Source: an uncultured Fimbriimonadaceae bacterium
Lineage (GTDB): Bacteria; Armatimonadota; Fimbriimonadia; Fimbriimonadales; Fimbriimonadaceae
Length of the DNA: 64,000 nt
NCBI GenBank assembly: GCA_964451255.1
Contig: CAYVHL010000001.1
Coordinates: forward strand, 1,161,252-1,225,251
Reading direction: 5' to 3'
Shown here piece by piece: positions 1 through 8,706 of this stretch. Position numbers and translations under genes: made by a program. The first letter of the stretch is position 1. Every line of letters begins with the position of its first letter. Under the pieces are notes generated by a model that saw only the letters and a list, made by a program, of their open reading frames with translations, had not been told where the DNA came from and did no database searches.

Positions 1-1029
1 GTAGAACTCGGCGACGTGGGTAGGCAACGCGGCGCCGCCGGAAACAAAGAACCGGATGTGCCCCCCTGTCCTTTCACGGATCTTCTTCCCGACGAGGGCG
101 TCGGTCAGCGGAAAGAGAGGCGCGGGACGGCCCTGGGCGCGGGCGACCCCTTGGGACAGGGCTAAATAGAACAACTTCTTCTGTATAGGCTTCTGCTTTT
201 CGACACTGTCCAGAATCCGCGACTTGACGCTCTCTAGAAACCGGGGCACACAGAGCATGACTGTGGGCTGATACTTGACCATTTCGCCAGCCAGCGCGAC
301 AAGGCTGCTTGCGATCACTGTCCTCGCGCCCACTGATATAGGTAACACAACGCCGCCAAACCTCTCGTAAACATGAGACATCGGCAAGAAGCTCAGAAAG
401 GTGTCCGTCTCGTCCACCGGGAGCGCGTCCTTGACGTTCTGGCACAGAAAGATGAAGTTCCGGTGGCTGAGCACGGCGCCCTTTGGCTGGCCGGTCGTGC
501 CCGAGGTGTAGATGAGGGTCGCCACGTCGTCTGGCCCGACCGTGTCGATACGCGCCTCCCAAGCCGCCTTGTCCATCGAGGACTTGTCGGCATGGTCGAG
601 AAAACCAGCTTCGCCGTTCGCCGGGCGAAGAACCACAGGCAACCGACCGGGAAGCTTCTCCGACAAGCGGCTCTCCAACACGACGCAGGCCTTGGCGCCG
701 CAGTCGTCCGCAATGTATGTCGCTTGGTCGGGCGGCAAGGTCGGGTAAATGGGCACGGTGGTGATGCCGAGGGACTGGGCGGCCCAGTCCACAAGCAACC
801 ATTCAAGACTGGACTCGCCCAGGATCACAAGGGTGTCGCCCTTGACCAGCCCTAGTCCGTCCAGTGCACGTGCGTACGCGAAGACGGTCTCGTAGAGATC
901 CCGAAAGGTCATCGTCTGGTCGGGAGACCCGCCTTTGCCGGGCACAAGGTGGCTTATGCGCTCGGCGTGCTCGGCGCACCGACGCCGCAACATGTCGCCG
1001 AGGGACTGGCAGTTCAGAGGGGTGCTCAT
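1..1029 (-). CDS. AMP-dependent acyl-CoA synthetase / long-chain-fatty-acid--CoA ligase (partial; C-terminus lies beyond the window start)
   Basis: Absent from the ORF track because it runs off the edge. The minus-strand frame from the ATG at 1029 reads MSTPLNCQSLGDMLRRRCAEH... It contains the AMP-binding signature IYTSGTTGQPKG (about nt 478-513). Its ATG overlaps the rhodanese stop (ATGA). ORFs 74..802 and 393..806 are off-frame shadows of it. Confidence 0.85.
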   Translation of the reverse strand, partial: MSTPLNCQSLGDMLRRRCAEHAERISHLVPGKGGSPDQTMTFRDLYETVFAYARALDGLGLVKGDTLVILGESSLEWLLVDWAAQSLGITTVPIYPTLPPDQATYIADDCGAKACVVLESRLSEKLPGRLPVVLRPANGEAGFLDHADKSSMDKAAWEARIDTVGPDDVATLIYTSGTTGQPKGAVLSHRNFIFLCQNVKDALPVDETDTFLSFLPMSHVYERFGGVVLPISVGARTVIASSLVALAGEMVKYQPTVMLCVPRFLESVKSRILDSVEKQKPIQKKLFYLALSQGVARAQGRPAPLFPLTDALVGKKIRERTGGHIRFFVSGGAALPTHVAEFY

Positions 1030-1397
1030 TTCTCGACCGGGAGGCCAAGCCCGGTGTACTCTGTCCAGCCACCTGCTAGGCTGAGGACGTCGGTGAAGCC
1101 CATCTCCTTGAGGGCCTTTGCCGCCAAGGCGCTGCGGTGCCCGCCGCCGCAATAGCAGACGATCTTCTGGGAGCGGTCGGCCAAGGCGGGGTCGCGTTTG
1201 TAGTGTTCCAGGTCCGCCCGAACCTCGAGCATGCCCCGGGGGTAGTTGCGAGAACCGGGGATGTGTCCGGCGGCAAACTCGTCCGGCTCGCGCACGTCCA
1301 TCAGCCAATAGCCAGCCAGCCCAGGCAGGTCGGCGATCGTCACCTCTTGGACTTCAAGCAGCGCTTCGTGGACATAATCGTCAAGGGACTTCGCCAT
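1026..1397 (-). CDS. rhodanese-domain sulfurtransferase
   Basis: ORF 1026..1580 trimmed to the internal ATG at 1397 (MAKSLDDYVHEALL...). Single rhodanese domain with active-site loop CYCGGGHRS. The longer N-terminal extension overlaps the divergent gene and is low-complexity. Confidence 0.85.
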   Translation of the reverse strand: MAKSLDDYVHEALLEVQEVTIADLPGLAGYWLMDVREPDEFAAGHIPGSRNYPRGMLEVRADLEHYKRDPALADRSQKIVCYCGGGHRSALAAKALKEMGFTDVLSLAGGWTEYTGLGLPVEK

Positions 1398-3615
1398 GAC
1401 AAGGAACCTTACCATCCTCAGTTTCACTCTGTTTGTGGCCGCGCCCCTTGTCGGCCTGGCCGCACAACAAAGGAGCCCAATGGACGATGTCGCCGCCGTG
1501 CTCAAGGAACTGCCTCCGCTTGCCACTTCAACGGTCGCGACAGGCGACTGGTTGGTGCGCAAGCCGAAGGAACTCGCCAAGGCCTACCACGGGCCCGGCC
1601 CGCTCGACGTCACCCTGGACAACGGGCTCGTCCGGCGCACGTTCCGGCTCGGGCCAGGGGTGACGACGTACAGCCTCCAGGAGCGGACGGCCGGGCACGA
1701 GTACATCAGGGCGGCGTCCCCCGAGGCCACGCTCACTCTGAACGGCACCCAGGTCACCGTCGGCGGCTACGTCGGCCAACCCGACCGTGCCTATTTACTT
1801 CCCGGCTGGCTTGACTCCATGAAGCCCGACCCGGAAGCCTTTAGCCTTCTCAGGGTGCAGTTTTCTGTCCCCGAGAAGCCGTTCGACTGGAAGCCCACCC
1901 TAAGGCCGCCCGCCGGATCGTGGCCCCCGCGCGGCTGTTCCATGACCCTGACTTTCACAAGCGCGAAGTGGCCGGGCCTCTTGGTGGACGTCGTCCATGA
2001 GATGTACGACGGGGCGCCCGTGATGATGAAGAGGGTGGTCGTCCGGAATGTCGGACGACAGCCTGTGAGACTCGACCACTTCCAGGGTGAGGTCTTGGCC
2101 TTGGTCGAGGCGCAAAGTGAGGTCGACACCCCGGCCGGGTGGCGCTATCCGAACCTGGAGATGATCAGCGACTACTCCTTCGGCGGCATGGCGGGCGGCG
2201 ACGCCAACCGGTGCCGCAAATGGAACACCGACCCCGCTTACACCACCCAGGTCAACTACAGGCTGGAGACCCCGTGCCTTCTCACCAGCGAGCCGCCGAT
2301 CGGGCCCGGCGTGATCGTCGCCCCGGGCGGGAAGTGGGCGGGCAACCGGTCGTACCTTGTTCTCTATGACTCGACCGACCGCGAGCGGAAGGGGCTCGAG
2401 CTCCGCCACACATACCGCCTCCTGGCCCCGTGGACGGCCGAGAGCCCGATCATGCTCCACCTGACGACGACGGACGACGCCAAGGCCCGTGCCAGCATCG
2501 ACCAGGCCGCCGAATGTGGGTTCGAGATGGTCATCTTCTCGTTCGGCAGCGGCCTCAACATGGAGGACACTAGCGATGCCAACATCGCCAAGTTCAAGGC
2601 GTTGGCCGACTATGGCCACAAGAAGGGCCTCGAGGTAGGCGGCTACTCGCTGTTGGCCAGCCGCCGGATCGACGACCGCAACGACGTCATCAACCCCAAG
2701 ACCGGAAAGACGGGCGGGGCGATCTTCGGCAACTCTCCTTGCCTAGGAAGCACCTGGGGGCAGCAGTACTTCAAGAACATCGCCGACTTCTTGCAACGGA
2801 CAGGGTTCGACCTCCTGGAACATGACGGCAGCTATCCGGGCGACCTGTGCGCCAGCACCAGCCATCCCGGCCACCAAGGACTGGAGGACAGCCAATGGAC
2901 GCAGTGGCGCACGATCACCGGCTTCTACGCGTGGTGCCGTGCCAGAGGCATCTATCTGAACGTCCCTGACTGGTACATGCTCGCTGGCTCGAACAAGACC
3001 GGCATGGGCTATCGGGAGACGAACTGGAGCCTGCCCCGCGCCCAGCAGCATATCCATTGCCGCCAAAACCTCTTTGACGGCACATGGACGAAGTCACCGA
3101 CGATGGGCTGGATGTTCGTGCCCCTGACCGAGTACCAAGGCGGCGGCGCGGCGGCCACCGTTGAGCCTCTCAAAGACCACCTGGCCGACTACGAGAACCA
3201 CCTCATCAACAACTTCGCGTACGGCGCGCAGGCGTGTTACCGGGGCCAGCGGCTCTACGACGCGCCCGAGACCAAGGCGGTGGTCGTCAAGTGGGTGGAC
3301 TGGTTCAAGAAGCACCGGGACGTTCTGGAAGGCGAGGTCATCCACCTGCGCCGGGCCGACGGCCGCGACATCGACTACGTCCTGCATGTGAACCCCGAAG
3401 GGCCGGAGAAGGCCATGCTCGTGGTCTTCAACCCCACCTCTTCGGCGGTACGCCGGGAGATCGAGGTGCCTCTTCACTATGCCGGACTGTCGGGGAAGGC
3501 CACGGCATCAGCGCCTGGCAAGGCGCCGGTCTCGATCGCTCTGGACTCCCACCAGGTGGGCAAGGTGACGGTCGACGTGCCGGCGGGAGGTTTCACCTAC
3601 GTCGTGTTCAAGTAG
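1396..3615 (+). CDS. secreted glycoside-hydrolase-like protein (TIM-barrel type; family not assigned)
   Basis: 739-aa ORF with an N-terminal signal peptide (LSFTLFVAAPLVGLAAQQ). The central region (FEMVIFSFGSGLN...LEHDGSYPGD...GYRETNW) resembles a carbohydrate-active TIM barrel. I could not assign the family by eye. Confidence 0.7.
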   Translation: MTRNLTILSFTLFVAAPLVGLAAQQRSPMDDVAAVLKELPPLATSTVATGDWLVRKPKELAKAYHGPGPLDVTLDNGLVRRTFRLGPGVTTYSLQERTAGHEYIRAASPEATLTLNGTQVTVGGYVGQPDRAYLLPGWLDSMKPDPEAFSLLRVQFSVPEKPFDWKPTLRPPAGSWPPRGCSMTLTFTSAKWPGLLVDVVHEMYDGAPVMMKRVVVRNVGRQPVRLDHFQGEVLALVEAQSEVDTPAGWRYPNLEMISDYSFGGMAGGDANRCRKWNTDPAYTTQVNYRLETPCLLTSEPPIGPGVIVAPGGKWAGNRSYLVLYDSTDRERKGLELRHTYRLLAPWTAESPIMLHLTTTDDAKARASIDQAAECGFEMVIFSFGSGLNMEDTSDANIAKFKALADYGHKKGLEVGGYSLLASRRIDDRNDVINPKTGKTGGAIFGNSPCLGSTWGQQYFKNIADFLQRTGFDLLEHDGSYPGDLCASTSHPGHQGLEDSQWTQWRTITGFYAWCRARGIYLNVPDWYMLAGSNKTGMGYRETNWSLPRAQQHIHCRQNLFDGTWTKSPTMGWMFVPLTEYQGGGAAATVEPLKDHLADYENHLINNFAYGAQACYRGQRLYDAPETKAVVVKWVDWFKKHRDVLEGEVIHLRRADGRDIDYVLHVNPEGPEKAMLVVFNPTSSAVRREIEVPLHYAGLSGKATASAPGKAPVSIALDSHQVGKVTVDVPAGGFTYVVFK

Positions 3616-3629
3616 GGCCCGGCGAAGTT

Positions 3630-4940
3630 TCAAATCAGGTTCAACTCTTTCACGCGTAGATACGCGCCCACCAGGGCGGAGGCCAGATCCTGCGGCTCAG
3701 CCTCGATCGTGTGGAAACCCGCCGTGCGCAACACCGCCTCCGCTTTGCGACGGTCTTGGCCGTACCAGAGGGCGGCAGTGCGGAAATAGAGGTCCCTGTC
3801 GTCGATGACGGGTGCGTGGCGAAGCTCGCGGATCTTCGGGTCGACGACACGAACGACCATGAGCAGATGGCGGCGATGGATCGGCCCGAGGGACTGCACC
3901 AAGTCGGCGGCCTGGTCTTCGTTTTCTGCGTCCGTGAACACCACCAACAGCGACCGCTTGTTCCACCTGTTGGCCAGGTAGGTGAACGCGGCGGCGTAGT
4001 TGGGTTGGACCGGTTCGGCCTGGGCGTCGTGGACCTTGTCCAGGATCGCCGCGACTTGGGCGCGGCCCTTGCGGGGCGCTGCGTAGGCCTTGATGACGTC
4101 GTTGAAGACGAGAAGGCCGATCTGGTCGCCCTGGCGTTCGGCGGTGTGCATGAGCATAAGCGCCGAGTCCAGGGCAAGATCCAGTTTGCGCACGCCGTCG
4201 ACTTCGGCCATCATGTGCCGGCCGACGTCCACGCACACGATCACGGCCTGGTTGCGCTCGGTCTCAAAGTTGCGCACGACAAGCTTGCCCCGCCGGGCGC
4301 TGGCCTTCCAGTCGATCGTCCGGAAGTCGTCGTCGTTGTAGTCGCGGAGCGACTCGAACTCCTGGCCGAGGCCCTTTTGCCTTGTCCGCCGCAAACCTAT
4401 TAAGTTCAACTTCCCGCGCTGCTTGAGCAAGTCGAACTCCTTGACCGCCTTGACGTTCGGATACACGCGGCACGTCTCCTGGGTGGGCAGTTCCTTTTGA
4501 ACCCAAGCGAGCCCAAGTGGCGCCAGGAACCGCACGAACGTGCCGGTGAACGATTGCTCACCACGTTCACGCGGGGTGATGGAGTACTCCACCTCCTCCG
4601 GGCGTTCGGGAAGGATCCGCATTTTGAAGTCGGATTTGGTCACCAAGGCGGTTGTCGGCGGCTCGTCGCGAACCTCCACGACCAAAGGCGCCCGGCTCAT
4701 GTTTTCGAGGGTGAGGCTGATCGAATTCGGCACCCGGACGCTCAAGATCGGGTCGCTGGCGCGTTTGACGCTCAAGGGGTCGCCTTTCTTGGCGACGAAC
4801 CCGGTGATGAGCATCAGGGCGAAGATGCCCACGTCATAGGGAAGCAGTAGCTTCTCAAAGCCCGGCACGACCGCGCCCACCAAGGCAATCGGGATCCCCA
4901 AAGCGACCAAGACCCAAAACCGTTTGGAGGGCACGATCAT
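3630..4940 (-). CDS. DUF58 domain protein (vWA-like, MoxR-associated family)
   Basis: 436 aa with two N-terminal TM helices. DUF58 signature LRDYNDDDFRTIDWKASARRGKLVVRNFETERNQ followed by a vWA-like region. Confidence 0.85.
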   Translation of the reverse strand: MIVPSKRFWVLVALGIPIALVGAVVPGFEKLLLPYDVGIFALMLITGFVAKKGDPLSVKRASDPILSVRVPNSISLTLENMSRAPLVVEVRDEPPTTALVTKSDFKMRILPERPEEVEYSITPRERGEQSFTGTFVRFLAPLGLAWVQKELPTQETCRVYPNVKAVKEFDLLKQRGKLNLIGLRRTRQKGLGQEFESLRDYNDDDFRTIDWKASARRGKLVVRNFETERNQAVIVCVDVGRHMMAEVDGVRKLDLALDSALMLMHTAERQGDQIGLLVFNDVIKAYAAPRKGRAQVAAILDKVHDAQAEPVQPNYAAAFTYLANRWNKRSLLVVFTDAENEDQAADLVQSLGPIHRRHLLMVVRVVDPKIRELRHAPVIDDRDLYFRTAALWYGQDRRKAEAVLRTAGFHTIEAEPQDLASALVGAYLRVKELNLI

Positions 4941-4960
4941 GTGCGTGTAGGATATTACAC

Positions 4961-5704
4961 GTGACTGACCAGCATATGGTCTTGACGCCGGAGAAGGTCG
5001 TCGTCTCTTATCGGCTGGCCAGCCTGGGCACCAGGATCATGGCGCACATCATCGACGTGGTCATCGCGATCATGGTGTTCTACGTCCTAGCCATCGGGGC
5101 TGCCTTCGTCTTCCAAGGAGCACCGGAGCTGACTTGGGTCATCCTTGCCGCCATGGCCGCCTTCGGACTCTACGCGTATTTTGCGTTCCAAGAAGGCTTC
5201 TGGGGTGGGCAGACGATCGGCAAGCGCCTCATGAACATCCGTGTGATCATGGTCGACGGGACGCCGATCACCTTTCCCGCGGCGATCTATCGCAACCTCC
5301 TGCGTGTCGGCGATTTTCTGCCGACGTTCTATCTCGCCGGGTTCTTGTCCATATTCACCAACCCCCGGTCACAAAGGATCGGGGACATCGTCGCGGGAAC
5401 GGTCGTCGTGCACGAGCCCCGCAACCTCTACACGTTTACCCCCGCACCCCACCGGTACGGGGTGCACCGGCTGGAAGACACGGTCGGTGACCTGCGCAAA
5501 ATGACACTCCAAGAGTACTTTGCGATCAAGCGTCTGTGCGACCGCTTTCCCGAGCTACCCGCCCAGACTCAAGCTGAGAGCCTCCGTGACATTTGGTTTC
5601 CTTTTGCCTCCAAGGTCGGTATCGAGCCTGTCCCTAACGTCCATCCCTTGTATCAGATGGAGGCCGCGGTCATGAAGTACGGGCGTATGCACAAGCTCGT
5701 GTGA
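4961..5704 (+). CDS. RDD family membrane protein
   Basis: 247 aa with a GTG start preceded by AGGA. Hydrophobic N-terminal RDD-type domain (RIMAHIIDVVIAIMVFYVL...RIGDIVAGTVVV). An alternative ATG lies at 4976. Confidence 0.8.
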   Translation: MTDQHMVLTPEKVVVSYRLASLGTRIMAHIIDVVIAIMVFYVLAIGAAFVFQGAPELTWVILAAMAAFGLYAYFAFQEGFWGGQTIGKRLMNIRVIMVDGTPITFPAAIYRNLLRVGDFLPTFYLAGFLSIFTNPRSQRIGDIVAGTVVVHEPRNLYTFTPAPHRYGVHRLEDTVGDLRKMTLQEYFAIKRLCDRFPELPAQTQAESLRDIWFPFASKVGIEPVPNVHPLYQMEAAVMKYGRMHKLV

Positions 5705-5774
5705 AACTTGGGGATACTGTGGGGGACCGATGGGAAATGTCGAGCGGTTGGAAAACCGGCCTCCATACATATCC

Positions 5775-5883
5775 TTTCCCACAAGCTTTTCCACTCGCGC
5801 TATTCCAGGTAGGGTGGCTGATTCTAGCTTGGATCGTACGACTGGCTAACCTGAGCCAGAGCGGTGATATCAAGTTTTCCACA
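5775..5883. promoter_or_regulatory. cluster of three DnaA-box-like 9-mers in the low-GC spacer upstream of recF
   Basis: TTTCCCACA (5775-5783), TTTTCCACT (5787-5795) and TTTTCCACA (5875-5883), compared with the consensus TTATCCACA. An AT-rich stretch follows at 5897-5936. Confidence 0.3.
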
Positions 5884-5956
5884 CTTGCCAACACCCTAAT
5901 AACAACAACTTCATTGATATCAAAGGAATGATTCAGAAGGGACACGACGGGGACAA

Positions 5957-7042
5957 ATGGACGGCGTGACCGTCGCAGAGGTTCGATACCAAGACTTCCG
6001 AAACCTAGCGGTGGTGGAGTTGACGGCGGCCCAAGGTGTCAACTTGATCGTCGGGCCCAACGCGCAAGGAAAGACCAATCTCCTTGAGGGGATGCACCTC
6101 CTGTCGACCGGACGTCTGATGCGGGGATCGAAGGAGGCCCAGGCGGTACGGCACGGAGAGCCCAGGGCGGCGGTCGAAGCCACTCTTCAGCCTCACGGCA
6201 CCACTATCCGGGTCAACATCGAACCAGGGACGCGCAAGAGGGCGTTGGTGAATGGGCTCGGCCTGCCGCGTGCGGCCGACCTCATCGGAAGGCTGCCGTC
6301 GGTCAGCTTCTCAAGCCAGGATCTCGCGGTGGTCGCAGGAGACCCTGCCGACCGACGCCACCTTCTGGACGCCGAACTCTCACAGGTCTACCCGGCCTAT
6401 CTGAAGCACCTTTCCATTTACAAGCGAGCCCTGGAACAACGCAACGCCCTCTTGCGGCGTGCCCAAGAGACCCATGTCGATGACGCGGCGTTCGAGGTCT
6501 GGGAACACCAACTTGCCCTACACGGCGCCGCGATGCGGACGACTCGGACTGAATGGGTCGAAGCCCTTGCCCCGATGGCACGCGAGCGTCATTCGGCTCT
6601 GGGTGACGGAGAGTCGCTTGAGGTGGGTTACAGGGCGAACGACGATGCTGACCTCGCAGGATCCCTGGCGGCGCGCCGGGGACAGGACATCCATAGGGGT
6701 TCCACCACTGTCGGCCCCCATCGGGACGAACTTGAGATCACGGTCGCGGGCGCGGACGCGCGGTATTTCGGCAGCCAGGGCCAACAACGAACCGCAGTCG
6801 TGGCAATCAAGTTGGGTGTCCTCGCACTGGCTCAAGACGCCTTCGGATTTCCGCCGATGCTCTTGCTCGACGACATATTCAGTGACCTGGACGACCGTCG
6901 GAGGGCCCATCTGATGGACATCGCCTATGGCTCGGGCGGACAGGTGTTCGTGACCTGCACGGAAGCTGAACAAGCGGGTGAAAAACTGTTGGGTGCCGCC
7001 AAAATCTTCCGGGTACGATCTGGATGTCTGGAGCAAGGATGA
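5957..7042 (+). CDS. recF: DNA replication and repair protein RecF
   Basis: 361 aa. N-terminal Walker A GPNAQGKTNLLE and C-terminal SMC-like signature/Walker B (GSQGQQRT...LLLDDIFSDLD). Confidence 0.95.
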   Translation: MDGVTVAEVRYQDFRNLAVVELTAAQGVNLIVGPNAQGKTNLLEGMHLLSTGRLMRGSKEAQAVRHGEPRAAVEATLQPHGTTIRVNIEPGTRKRALVNGLGLPRAADLIGRLPSVSFSSQDLAVVAGDPADRRHLLDAELSQVYPAYLKHLSIYKRALEQRNALLRRAQETHVDDAAFEVWEHQLALHGAAMRTTRTEWVEALAPMARERHSALGDGESLEVGYRANDDADLAGSLAARRGQDIHRGSTTVGPHRDELEITVAGADARYFGSQGQQRTAVVAIKLGVLALAQDAFGFPPMLLLDDIFSDLDDRRRAHLMDIAYGSGGQVFVTCTEAEQAGEKLLGAAKIFRVRSGCLEQG

Positions 7043-7335
7043 AAAGACTTTCGGACGTTCTATCAGGCGCTTTGGCGAGTCCAGAACTGCTCAGGGCGGC
7101 CCGTGCACAAATGGTGATGCGCAGATGGGAAGAGGCCGTCGGGCCGTTCTTGGCGGACAAATGCGTGCCCGACCGATACGACCATGGGACGCTCTGGGTG
7201 GCGGCGGCAGGTTCCGCGTGGGCCCAGGAGTTGCGCATGCGACGACTACAAGTGACCGAGGTTTTGAACAACATGGCCCGGGAGAACTTGTTCACTGACT
7301 TACGGGTCGGCGTGCGCAGACCGCGTCAGAACTAG
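7039..7335 (+). CDS. DUF721 (DciA-like) protein, the usual recF-downstream gene
   Basis: ORF 7024..7335. I prefer the ATG at 7039, which overlaps the recF TGA (ATGA) and has GGAG 7 nt upstream. Sequence MKRLSDVLSGAL...RRWEEAVGPFLADK...GTLWVAAAGSAWAQEL is typical of DUF721. Confidence 0.8.
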   Translation: MKRLSDVLSGALASPELLRAARAQMVMRRWEEAVGPFLADKCVPDRYDHGTLWVAAAGSAWAQELRMRRLQVTEVLNNMARENLFTDLRVGVRRPRQN

Positions 7336-7347
7336 GCAGGTTCCAAA

Positions 7348-8706
7348 GTGCGGGAGGAGATCACCCGCCGACCCTTGTTGGTCTCCGCCACGGCATTTGC
7401 GCTCGGTCTGTCCACTACATTTGTTTGGTGGCACGTGTTCTTTGCCTTGCCGTTCCCGTTTCTTGTCAGGGAGAAGCGTGCCACGTTGTGTTGGTGCCTG
7501 TTCTTCGCGCTCGGCTGGGTGTGGCGTCCAGTCCTGCCCACCGACCCTGTTTGGGAGACAAGACCCGTCCAGGTTGTCGGGCGGATCGCGAGCGTGCCGA
7601 CCGACGTCATGTTCGGCCGACAATCGCTGCTGGATGCGGGAGGAAGACGCTACGTCCTCGTCACAGACCAAGACGTCTCGATCGGGGACACCGTACGGGT
7701 GGGAGGCCGACTCAAGCCATTGCGCGAGGGCTCTGGCACCGGCCACGGAGCGGTCGGAGAGTTGGAGGCCATCGGTGGCCTCGAAGTCGTCTCGCCAGGC
7801 CCTTTCCTGGGCAGATGGGGGTTGGCGCTCCGTGACAGCTTCCGCAGGTTTGTCGATCGGTCGCTGAGGCCCAAAGACGCCGCCTTGGTCGACGGCATCG
7901 CCTTCAACGTCTCGACACAGATCGACGAGGGCGATTACCGAGCGTTGGCGCGATCAGGCGTGGTGCACGTCATATCCACCTCAGGTGTGCACGTCGTCCT
8001 CGTAGCCGGGTTCCTGGCCTTTCTGGCGCGAAAGACACCTGTCCCCCGGCCTTGGAGCCTTGCGTTGCTCGCCGTGCTCCTGGTCGTCTATGCCTGCGCC
8101 GCTGGCCTGCGACCGCCGATGGTCCGGTCGGTAGGCATGGCCCTCATCGCCCTCTCCGCGTACATGTTCCGGCGGGAGCCCGACGGGATGACGTCGCTTG
8201 CCGCGGCATCGCTGGTCACGCTGCTCTGCGACGCTTGGGCGGTGGCCGAGGCGGGGTTCTGGCTGTCCGTTGTCGCTGTAGGCGGCCTTGTGCTGTTTGT
8301 CGACCCGTTCAAGACCACTGAGCGGCGTCGCGACCCGCAGACCTGGTTGAGAACCGCGTTCACGACGAGCGTGGTCGCCTCAGCGGCGACGCTGCCGATC
8401 ATCGCGTCGATGTCCGGGCAATTGCCTCTGGTCGGGCCGCTGGCAAACCTGATGGCGATTCCGGCAAGTGAACTCCTGCTGATGTCCTCGCTCCTGTCGT
8501 GGCTCGTCAGCCTTGTCTTCTATCCCCTTGGCCACGGCCTTCTCGTCATTACTAGCGGCCCCCTTCTGGCCGCATTGAGGGGTGCCGCTTCCGCAGGCCT
8601 GCTACCGGCGGCGTGCCCTGGTGTCCCCGGCTTCTCTGTCTACTGGTGCGTGTGGGTGTATGGTTTGGCGCTTGCCTTTTGGCGACCCTGGGTCCGTCCG
8701 GCGTGA
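7348..8706 (+). CDS. comEC: ComEC/Rec2 DNA internalisation channel, N-terminal part (DUF4131 plus polytopic Competence domain)
   Basis: 452 aa with many TM helices (GVVHVISTSGVHVVLVAGFL...). It stops at 8704-8706 just before the point where the metallo-beta-lactamase domain normally follows. Confidence 0.8.
   Translation: MREEITRRPLLVSATAFALGLSTTFVWWHVFFALPFPFLVREKRATLCWCLFFALGWVWRPVLPTDPVWETRPVQVVGRIASVPTDVMFGRQSLLDAGGRRYVLVTDQDVSIGDTVRVGGRLKPLREGSGTGHGAVGELEAIGGLEVVSPGPFLGRWGLALRDSFRRFVDRSLRPKDAALVDGIAFNVSTQIDEGDYRALARSGVVHVISTSGVHVVLVAGFLAFLARKTPVPRPWSLALLAVLLVVYACAAGLRPPMVRSVGMALIALSAYMFRREPDGMTSLAAASLVTLLCDAWAVAEAGFWLSVVAVGGLVLFVDPFKTTERRRDPQTWLRTAFTTSVVASAATLPIIASMSGQLPLVGPLANLMAIPASELLLMSSLLSWLVSLVFYPLGHGLLVITSGPLLAALRGAASAGLLPAACPGVPGFSVYWCVWVYGLALAFWRPWVRPA

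Noticed and set aside
74-855. ORFs 74..802(-), 393..806(-) and 373..855(+) listed in the track
   Set aside because: They are off-frame or antisense shadows of the acyl-CoA synthetase gene, whose true frame contains the YTSGTTGQPKG motif. Their translations are Arg/Pro/Gly-rich nonsense.
5670-5945. ORFs 5701..5931(+) and 5670..5945(-) in the recF upstream spacer
   Set aside because: They lie in an atypically low-GC region with no RBS and mutually overlap on opposite strands. The + ORF would start at a GTG inside the RDD stop context. I treat the region as non-coding (regulatory or origin-like). A small membrane peptide cannot be fully excluded.
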